A stretch of DNA of 64,000 nucleotides, taken from Deinococcales bacterium (GTDB taxonomy: Bacteria; Deinococcota; Deinococci; Deinococcales; JAAFIG01). The DNA lies in NCBI GenBank assembly GCA_043778225.1, contig JAYWGM010000056.1:20594-84593 (forward strand), in the 5' to 3' direction. Every line of letters starts with the position of its first letter. The first letter of the stretch is position 1. The notes beneath the pieces are model-generated. The model worked only from the letters and a program-made list of their open reading frames with translations, ran no database searches and had not been told where the DNA came from. Shown piece by piece: positions 10,918 to 18,597 of this stretch. The translations under genes and the position numbers were made by a program.

Positions 10918-11240
10918 GCTGCCTCGTTGAGAATAATGTCTTGTTCAATTTGTTCTTTGTGCATGGCTGCAAATGCCCAAGTGTTGGTCAAATCCTCGGC
11001 TCGCAAACTTGGGTAATCGCGCAACAAATCTGCTTCGGACGCACCAGCCCGACGCAGGGCAACCAGCAACCAAACAGGAACTCGAGTCCGAACCACACAA
11101 ACCTCACCGCCGTTGATATTTGGGCGTTCTTCGATGCCAGCGTAAGCACCTTGCCAGTCTTTTGTGACCCATTGCAGCACAAGGGCTTTCTCGGCAGGAC
11201 TGAGCCTAAAAATTAGGTTTTGCATTTCTTGTAACGACAT
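10914..11240 (-). CDS. DUF433 family antitoxin-like protein
   Basis: IEERPNINGGEVCVVRTRVPVWLLV...GASEADLLRDYPSLRAEDL signature. Confidence 0.9.
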   Translation of the reverse strand: MSLQEMQNLIFRLSPAEKALVLQWVTKDWQGAYAGIEERPNINGGEVCVVRTRVPVWLLVALRRAGASEADLLRDYPSLRAEDLTNTWAFAAMHKEQIEQDIILNEAA

Positions 11241-11460
11241 GACTAGGAGGGTAAACGCCTTGGCTTTGAATGTCAAGAAGTGGCGTTTTTTTAAGAGGAA
11301 GTAAGGCAGTTGGTCAGTGGTACACCATCTCGAGGAGATGCTGAGATGAATGTTACCACCTGAGGCAAGCAAAAATCAGAGGTTTTATAAAGTTGTTACT
11401 GAATAAAAGTGCAATCTGTGCGTATTGTGGGAAAATACCGAGGAATCGAAAGGGGAGTAT

Positions 11461-14400
11461 ATGAACAAATGGTTTATTGGCATTGGTTTAAGTCTGGCAT
11501 TGGTGGCGTGTCCAGCCGTACCAACGATTGAGAGTGTCAAAATAAAATCTGCGTTCAATACAGTTGCGGCTACCGAAACTACCAATTTGGCTATTGAAGT
11601 AAAGGGTTCAGGTGCTTTTGATGCTCGAGTAGACTGGAGTATCGTTCCAAGTCTTGGAAGTGTTACCGCCCAAAGCGAAACCCAAGCCATATACACTGCA
11701 CCACTTGTCTCGAGTGACACCAACATCGTTATTCGTGCCACCTCAAAACTCGATCCAAGTAAATTCGGTGAAACTACCATTCAAATAAAAGCACCAACAA
11801 TTACTAGCCTTACTGCAACACCAAGCAAAACAACCCTCGAGAGTGAAGAAACCACTTCTATCAGTGCAAAACTCGAGGGAACAGGTGCATTCAATACAGA
11901 TGTACTCTGGTCAGTTGTGTCTGGTGGAGGTAGTTTATCAAGTGGCACAGGTAATCCAGTTAATTACACATCCCCAAAAGTTGGAGTAGATACAGATGTG
12001 GTACTGCAAGCCACTGCCGTAGGTGACAACAGCAAAAAACAGAATGTATCGCTAAAAGTTTTAACAGCTAAAATTATAACTGGAATCACCTTAGAGGCAA
12101 CCCCACGCTCAATCCCATCAGCAACAGGAACAAGCAATATCACAGCAACAGTCAATGGTACAGGCGCAATTCTAAATGCGGTGACATGGGAAATCGTTAG
12201 TGGTGGCGGAAACCTCATTAACCCGACAGATACCAATGTAACCTACACAGCACCCACTGTTTCGGTAGATACCATCGTGACCATCAAAGCCACCAGCAAA
12301 GCTAACCCCAGCCAGAGTGCCACAATTACCCTGAGTGTGGTCATTCCGCCAGTGGTTTCTGGTATCAACTTGACCGCAACACCAAACAGTATTGTTGCCA
12401 CTACAGGCGTGAGTACCATCAGTTCGACAATTATTGGCTCTGGTTCGATTCAAAATGCAGTGACATGGGAAATCGTTAGCGGTGGCGGAACACTCAGCAA
12501 TGCCACAGATACCAGCGTGACTTTTACTGCTCCAAATGTGACCGTAGAAACCATTGTTACCATTAGAGCCACCAGCAAAACTGACTCGAGTAAAACAGCC
12601 ACAACCACCATTACAGTCACAATCCCAACGGTGGTCTCCGGTATTACCCTAAGTGCAACAGCCCGTACCATTGCATCCGGAACGGGTAGCAGCACCATCA
12701 GTGCAGTAATAACGGGTTCTGGCACATTCCAGAACGCAGTGACATGGGAGATTGCCAGTGGTGGCGGAACACTTAGCAATTCTACAGATACCAGCGTGAC
12801 CTACACTGCACCCAGCATTGTTCAAGACACCATTGCGACCTTAAAAGCCACCAGTAAAACCGACTTGAGCAAAACCGACACGATAAGTTTAATTGTGATC
12901 GCACCAACTGTAGTAAATAGTGTCCAAGTGACTTCTACCCCAAGCATTATTAAGTCAAATGCCACAACAACCCTGAGTGCCGTTATCAGTGGCACAGGCA
13001 ACCCAAATCCAAATGCCAAATGGGAAATTGTAAGTGGTGGTGGGGCGCTCAGTTCAGTATCAGGTGCAAGTGTGACCTATGCGCCAGCCGTGGTGACTAC
13101 AGACACTAACGTGGTAATTAAAGCCACCTCGAGCGACGATGCCAGCAAGTCCGCCAGCAAAACCGTGGTGGTTGAACCTATTCCAACAATTACTGGGATT
13201 AGTGTTTCGATGCCATTTACCACCGTTCAAGCAAATGGCAGTATTGCTTTAGGTGCGAGTATCACTGGTTATGGGAATCCTGATTTAAGTGTCAAATGGA
13301 GTGTTGTAGGCAATCAAGGCACGTTGACCAATACAACAGGTGCCGCTACAACCTTGAACGCCCCAAATGTAACCGCTCAAACCAAAATTCAAATCAAAGC
13401 TGAAAGTGTCCAGGACTCGAGTAAATCCACCTTGACAGAAATAACAATCAATCCCAAACCACCCATCGAAGTGATTACAACCCCAGCCAGTGTTAGTGTT
13501 AATGCTACCCAAGCAGTAGCGATAAGCGCAGTCGTGAATTACGCTCAAAATGCAAGCGTGGCTTGGACAAGTTCGATAGGAATACTTACACCAAATGGTA
13601 ACTCTGCGATATGGAAAGCCCCAAATGTTTTGGTGGATACAACAGCCACCATTACAGCCACTTCTATAGAGGACTCGAGCAAAAAAACAACCATCAGTGT
13701 CAACATTAAAGCGGCTGTCATTGAGGTTTATGCACTACCATTGCATCCAGCTTACAACGATGCGGGTTTTAACTTTGGAACTGGGGTGAGTCCAGCCAGT
13801 ATTGCTGTAGCGTATGGTATTCATTTTCACTTGGCGGCTCGAGCCAATGGCGAAAGTATAGGTGGTACATGGGCTGTTGGAAACGCTGGAATTGTTCAAC
13901 TAATGTCTACAAACACAACCAATGGCTCGGCAAACGTAGCACGATTTGTTGGTAGAGGTATTGGTCAAAGTAGCACCGTTACATTTACAGCACCAGGTGG
14001 TCAACAACGACAAATTCAAGCCAATATTGGAGCAATAGAACCCAAGCGACTACCAACCGCCTGTGCCAATGGCGATGGTGGTTATGTTGCCATTCGTCCA
14101 GATGGACGATACGTTATCAGTGGTAACCTCAATGGTTTAGGACTGCCCAATATTTCGGGAGTGGTTTCCGAAACAATACTTGGTTCAGCTACATCCAGAA
14201 CTTTGCGCGGTTGTATTACAGGCATCAACACCATTACCTTATTAACAACTGACCCAAGTGTTTCTTATACATCGGGGGAATTCAACTTAACAGGCAGTAA
14301 CTTACAAGCCCTGACTGAAACGAGACACTGTCCTATTCTGAGCGTCCAACAAAAATACTATACAGGTCATTTGGTATGTCAAGATCGTACTGGTTTGGCA

Positions 14401-16629
14401 TGGGGTGCAAATTACAATGGTCAATTTGGAGCAGATTTACCACTGGATGGTACAAAACGAGCCTTGCGTTCAAATGGCGGAAGTGGCTTTGCTTGGATTA
14501 CAACCACCGAACAATACTCGGTTGGGATGCAATGGAATGGTGCAGCTTGGGCAACAGGTAACTGGTTTCATAACTGGGCGGACAACGGCGGTACGGGCGA
14601 TAGTCGAAACTGGGAATATGTACCTGTTCTTAATAGCATGGTTTCGTGTGATATAGACAATGAATTAACCGTTTGCATACCTCCAGAACGAACCCAACTG
14701 ATTATTCATGGAGTTGGCACAAGTGGCAACCGCACAGGAAAATTACACTACCGCCCCGAAGCCTTTGCAATTCCGACAGGAGAAATTGCCGTTGCGGTAG
14801 CCGTTGGTCAAGAAAGTATATTGCTGCTGACAGAAACTGGTGTTTACCGCCGTGGGGTACTGGGTATTTCACCAACCCAACCATCTTGCGGATGCTGGGA
14901 ACGGGTCAGCAACATTACTGGAACACCTGTAGAAATAGCAGCTACAAAAGCGTGGTACATCATCAAAACCACAGATGGCGCATACCGAAATACCAACGGA
15001 AATTCGGGATTCATGCCAATGAATGCTGTAAACCCAGATGCAACTTTTGTGGTCGAACCACCTAGCGTTAATTTACTTCAACGTGTGATGAGTGTTGCCC
15101 AAATAAGTTTAGCGGGATTTAGCAACAACGAATTTTACGTTGCCTCGCAAGACTCGAGTGTTGAAACCGAAATTGGAAATTGGATCAATGGCAAAAGAGA
15201 ACTGCGCCTTCACTGTACCAAATCAGGCGTGAGTACCAACGTGATTATCACCCATAAAATCTTCCCGAATATCACAAAAGCCATACCTGTAACCTGCACA
15301 GGCAATCAAAATCCACGAATTGTTCGTTTTTACGAACGCAATAACAACATAAACCCTAAGCCGTGGGACAGCCTAAAACTACAATGGCAAATTGAAGAAC
15401 CCGAAGGTCAATCCATGACTTGTAAACTTGACTTGGATGGTAATGGAACTTGGGATCATACTCAAAGTAATTGCAATGACAGTCTGGATTACTCCCATGT
15501 TTGGAACAACACACAATCAGGAGCGCAAAACATTAAATTGCGAGTTGAAGACACCTATGGCGGGGCAGCAGAAGTTTATCTGGGTTTCACAGTTCAATCC
15601 ACCAATAAAGCCCCTGTAATCTCGAGTTTCACTGTTACCCCCTCGAGTGGTACAGCGCCAATAACCGTAACCTATAACTGGTCTGTCTCCGACCCAGACA
15701 ACGACCCAACAACTTGTCAGTTAGATACCAATGGCGATGGCACATATGAGTATTCTTACCCCTGCTCGAGCCGTAATTCGCAAACGCACACGTTTAACAA
15801 TAATGGCAGTTACACCTCGAGAATCCGCGTGACAGATGGGCGCGGCGGGGAATTCAGTGCTTCTCGAGTGGTGAGTTTATCAGAGGCTATAGTCCCTCAG
15901 CCATTAAACGTGATTTTTGATGCGTCTGGTTTATCTGGACTTATTTCAATAAATGTACAAACATCAGATCAATCTGCAACGTGCATACTTTTTATCGCAG
16001 TACCGTACCAAAAAAGAATAGTTCCATGCAATACTTCTGATTACATAATTGAAGTTGACGCAAGATCGTATGACTTAGCGCTTAGTATTTATAATAGTAC
16101 ATCAAGTAAAATAGTGGTTAAGAACGTTAATGTCACAACCTCTCAGCAGGAAGAATTCTCGGCAACTCAAAATATGCCGCTTGTCAATCTAGGCGTTCCA
16201 GAGAATATAGACTTAAACAAACTTTCAATCTGCTTATCGAAAAGCTTTTTTCTTGAACTTATAGAATCTTTGCTCTTAGTTCAAGAAATAAAAACAGGAC
16301 GTTCGTATGATTTTCAAAATTACTCTTCACAAATCTTAGCTGCGGCAGCAGAAAGTCCATCTGCGCTTGATCAAGCCTATTTGGATATTATCAAAGAAAT
16401 AGGCTTCGATTTTGCTGTTTCAGAAACCAAACTCAAAATCCTTGATTTACGAACTGGTGCCGCTAAATTAGCCGCCGGAAAGCTATTGAATTATAATACA
16501 TTCACTAAATGGGGAAGAAACGCATTTAGATCAGTCGGTCCAACGCTACGTGTGGGTGCTGGTAAAATTTTTATTGGAATTACGGTAGTAAAAGTTTCAT
16601 TTGAAGCTGGAAGATGCTACGCATCTTAA
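11461..16629 (+). CDS. very large surface lipoprotein with Ig-like repeats, an RCC1-like middle region and PKD domains
   Basis: GGGGAG RBS; lipobox LVAC; about 8 Thr/Ser-rich ~93-aa repeats (VTWEIVSGGG...YTAP...ATSK); WGANYNGQFG; two CxLDxxGxGT PKD-like modules. Confidence 0.85.
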   Translation: MNKWFIGIGLSLALVACPAVPTIESVKIKSAFNTVAATETTNLAIEVKGSGAFDARVDWSIVPSLGSVTAQSETQAIYTAPLVSSDTNIVIRATSKLDPSKFGETTIQIKAPTITSLTATPSKTTLESEETTSISAKLEGTGAFNTDVLWSVVSGGGSLSSGTGNPVNYTSPKVGVDTDVVLQATAVGDNSKKQNVSLKVLTAKIITGITLEATPRSIPSATGTSNITATVNGTGAILNAVTWEIVSGGGNLINPTDTNVTYTAPTVSVDTIVTIKATSKANPSQSATITLSVVIPPVVSGINLTATPNSIVATTGVSTISSTIIGSGSIQNAVTWEIVSGGGTLSNATDTSVTFTAPNVTVETIVTIRATSKTDSSKTATTTITVTIPTVVSGITLSATARTIASGTGSSTISAVITGSGTFQNAVTWEIASGGGTLSNSTDTSVTYTAPSIVQDTIATLKATSKTDLSKTDTISLIVIAPTVVNSVQVTSTPSIIKSNATTTLSAVISGTGNPNPNAKWEIVSGGGALSSVSGASVTYAPAVVTTDTNVVIKATSSDDASKSASKTVVVEPIPTITGISVSMPFTTVQANGSIALGASITGYGNPDLSVKWSVVGNQGTLTNTTGAATTLNAPNVTAQTKIQIKAESVQDSSKSTLTEITINPKPPIEVITTPASVSVNATQAVAISAVVNYAQNASVAWTSSIGILTPNGNSAIWKAPNVLVDTTATITATSIEDSSKKTTISVNIKAAVIEVYALPLHPAYNDAGFNFGTGVSPASIAVAYGIHFHLAARANGESIGGTWAVGNAGIVQLMSTNTTNGSANVARFVGRGIGQSSTVTFTAPGGQQRQIQANIGAIEPKRLPTACANGDGGYVAIRPDGRYVISGNLNGLGLPNISGVVSETILGSATSRTLRGCITGINTITLLTTDPSVSYTSGEFNLTGSNLQALTETRHCPILSVQQKYYTGHLVCQDRTGLAWGANYNGQFGADLPLDGTKRALRSNGGSGFAWITTTEQYSVGMQWNGAAWATGNWFHNWADNGGTGDSRNWEYVPVLNSMVSCDIDNELTVCIPPERTQLIIHGVGTSGNRTGKLHYRPEAFAIPTGEIAVAVAVGQESILLLTETGVYRRGVLGISPTQPSCGCWERVSNITGTPVEIAATKAWYIIKTTDGAYRNTNGNSGFMPMNAVNPDATFVVEPPSVNLLQRVMSVAQISLAGFSNNEFYVASQDSSVETEIGNWINGKRELRLHCTKSGVSTNVIITHKIFPNITKAIPVTCTGNQNPRIVRFYERNNNINPKPWDSLKLQWQIEEPEGQSMTCKLDLDGNGTWDHTQSNCNDSLDYSHVWNNTQSGAQNIKLRVEDTYGGAAEVYLGFTVQSTNKAPVISSFTVTPSSGTAPITVTYNWSVSDPDNDPTTCQLDTNGDGTYEYSYPCSSRNSQTHTFNNNGSYTSRIRVTDGRGGEFSASRVVSLSEAIVPQPLNVIFDASGLSGLISINVQTSDQSATCILFIAVPYQKRIVPCNTSDYIIEVDARSYDLALSIYNSTSSKIVVKNVNVTTSQQEEFSATQNMPLVNLGVPENIDLNKLSICLSKSFFLELIESLLLVQEIKTGRSYDFQNYSSQILAAAAESPSALDQAYLDIIKEIGFDFAVSETKLKILDLRTGAAKLAAGKLLNYNTFTKWGRNAFRSVGPTLRVGAGKIFIGITVVKVSFEAGRCYAS
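11870..13170 (+). repeat. intragenic tandem repeats with ~279-nt period
   Basis: GTGACATGGGA...GGTGGCGGAA recurs at 12181, 12460 and 12739, with degenerate copies on either side. Confidence 0.85.
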
Positions 16630-16662
16630 ATCAAATACTTTGAGCCAATGCTTGAGAGGCGT

Positions 16663-16686
16663 AGGGCGTTTAAAATTCGCCCTTTT
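16663..16686 (+). terminator. putative terminator after the lipoprotein gene
   Basis: AGGGCG-tttaaaatt-CGCCCT followed by TTT. Confidence 0.4.
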
Positions 16687-16763
16687 ACATTCCCACTAGC
16701 ACGCATCCCTCGAGACTGCCAAACCGCCTAGGCTTATGCACTCGGCTCAACGGAGATTAAAAA

Positions 16764-17054
16764 ATGGCAAATTCTAAAAAATTAAGCGAGCCAGACCAAA
16801 TAGACACAAATTCCACCCGAGACACTGCAACACAAGAACCCTTTGTAGAACTAGAAACAGACCCCAGAATTGCGGAAATAAGAAGTAAAATTTTGGATAC
16901 CAAAGAAAACCTTGAGGCTTTTCTCGAACAATATCCAAATACGACTCTGTTGTTGATGCACCTCGAGAAAGTCCGAGTGGCTTTTAAGGTTCCGCCTTAT
17001 CTGCAAATTTTCGAGGATGGCACAGTAGTAGATACACGTGGTTCACAGAATTAA
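16764..17054 (+). CDS. hypothetical protein
   Basis: 96-aa ORF with GGAG RBS. Confidence 0.6.
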   Translation: MANSKKLSEPDQIDTNSTRDTATQEPFVELETDPRIAEIRSKILDTKENLEAFLEQYPNTTLLLMHLEKVRVAFKVPPYLQIFEDGTVVDTRGSQN

Positions 17055-17120
17055 ACTATCGGCTCGAGTTTCTACATGGCTTTGGCTCGAGCCACGGCGG
17101 TTACGTTGTATACTGGTTTC

Positions 17121-17531
17121 ATGGCTCGAGACACTTTTCACCAAGCAGTACGAATTGCCCTCGAGAAAGCTGGTTGGCTCATCACTCATGACCCTTTTTC
17201 TTTTGAATTTGGTGATACTAACTTTGAAATTGACCTTGGTGCAGAATCCCTTATCGCGGCTGAACGTGAAGCGGAGTTAATCGCCGTTGAGATTAAAAGT
17301 TTTTTGTCTAAGTCTGCGTTATTTGATTTTCACTTAGCGCTTGGGCAGTTCTTGAATTATCGGTTTGCCCTCGAGCAAACCGACCCCAAACGCAAATTGT
17401 TTTTGGCGATTCCCGAAGATGCTTACTTCGATTTTTTCCAACGTCCTTTTGTGCAAAAAATCCTTACACATCACAGTGTTGCGTTAATTGTCTACAATGC
17501 TCAGTCAGAGGTGATTTTGCTATGGCTATAA
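17121..17531 (+). CDS. xisH: XisH family protein
   Basis: MARDTFHQAVRIALEKAGWLITHDP...IDLGAE...IAVEIKSF...ALGQFLNYR signature. Confidence 0.95.
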   Translation: MARDTFHQAVRIALEKAGWLITHDPFSFEFGDTNFEIDLGAESLIAAEREAELIAVEIKSFLSKSALFDFHLALGQFLNYRFALEQTDPKRKLFLAIPEDAYFDFFQRPFVQKILTHHSVALIVYNAQSEVILLWL

Positions 17532-17857
17532 ATTTACAAGCGGCTATCCATGCTGTTTTTGATAATCTCAAAGGGCGCAATGTGCAATTGTCTAATGGTA
17601 TTGAACGCCAATTTCTGCTCGATGATATAAACGGGCATTATCAGCTTTTGCATATTGGCTGGGATGGCTTAAAACCAGTTCGTAATATTTTGGTTCATAT
17701 GGATATTAAATCAGATTTAATTTGGGTTCAGTGTGATTACACTGAGTATCAAATTGTGGATTTATTACTCGAGCAGGGCTTAACACAGCAGCAAATCGTG
17801 CTGGCTTTTCATGCACCTTATAAGCGTCAGTACACGGGTTTTGCACTTGGTCAATGA
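17522..17857 (+). CDS. xisI: XisI family protein
   Basis: HYQLLHIGW...HMDIK...IWVQCDYTE...IVLAFHAPYKRQYTGFA; overlaps the xisH stop. Confidence 0.95.
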   Translation: MAINLQAAIHAVFDNLKGRNVQLSNGIERQFLLDDINGHYQLLHIGWDGLKPVRNILVHMDIKSDLIWVQCDYTEYQIVDLLLEQGLTQQQIVLAFHAPYKRQYTGFALGQ

Positions 17858-17859
17858 CA

Positions 17860-18009
17860 TTATTTGTTCTCGCGCAGGTGTAAAAGGAGTTTATCAAGGT
17901 CAAGGCTTTGACTTTTAAGAACACGTAGCGGAGGTCGTTGCAAGCCTGCAAATCCTTTCTTTTCGGATGTTTGGGGTTGTACTTTTGGGGTTTTGAGGGT
18001 CGTGTTCAT
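17860..18009 (-). CDS. putative 49-aa small protein (below the ORF-track cutoff)
   Basis: MNTTLKTPKVQPQTSEKKGFAGLQRPPLRVLKSQSLDLDKLLLHLRENK*; fills the gap and stops 2 nt from the convergent xisI stop. Confidence 0.4.
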   Translation of the reverse strand: MNTTLKTPKVQPQTSEKKGFAGLQRPPLRVLKSQSLDLDKLLLHLRENK

Positions 18010-18138
18010 GGTACAAAGTGTAGTCTTTTTTGGTCATTTGCTCAAGTATCAGCACTTATGCACTTCTCGAGTTCTGTACGGCTTTGGCTCATGCGTATGG
18101 CTCGAGTTTGTTCTACTTCGATTATTTGGCGACATCAG

Positions 18139-18540
18139 TTAGCCAGATTCAGCAAATAAACTTGACTGTGGCTCTTGGGGTTGCGTGGCTCGAGGTGGGC
18201 TGCTGCGTTTTTTGGCTGGCTCGAGCAGCAACGTTTTGGTCGGTTTTGAAACCCTCGTTCGAAGTGGCGGCACTTGTATCACGACCTCTGGTACTAGGGT
18301 CGTTTCAAGACTGGTCTCGAGCAATGCCTTGGCTTTGGCGCGGCGAGCTTCAGGTGGCAGATGCCCCGCCCGCCAACCACGGTTACAAGCATGACACCAA
18401 TAGGCTTGGTCGCCATCACGGGTGTCTTTGAGCATCAGGGCAGCCATGCAGATGGGACACCCAAGATTGAAGCCATGTCCCGAGACTCGCTCGACTGAAT
18501 TGGTTTTGAAGCTGATTGGTTTAGAAGTAAGACGACCCAT
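18139..18540 (-). CDS. zinc-ribbon protein with low-complexity tail
   Basis: CPIC...WCHAC pair of CxxC motifs; directly downstream of dnaB. Confidence 0.6.
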   Translation of the reverse strand: MGRLTSKPISFKTNSVERVSGHGFNLGCPICMAALMLKDTRDGDQAYWCHACNRGWRAGHLPPEARRAKAKALLETSLETTLVPEVVIQVPPLRTRVSKPTKTLLLEPAKKRSSPPRATQPQEPQSSLFAESG

Positions 18541-18597
18541 AGTGATATGATTATAACGTATAAAGGGGTATAAATTTCAAGAGGAGCGTATAGCTGC

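Noticed and set aside
10860..11216. Plus-strand 118-aa ORF with a strong AGGAGG upstream
   Set aside because: It lies antisense across the well-supported DUF433 gene and toxin remnant and has no recognisable motifs. An antisense role cannot be fully excluded.
17121..17857. Excisable fdxN-like element or prophage
   Set aside because: No recombinase/integrase, att-like repeats or phage structural genes are seen.
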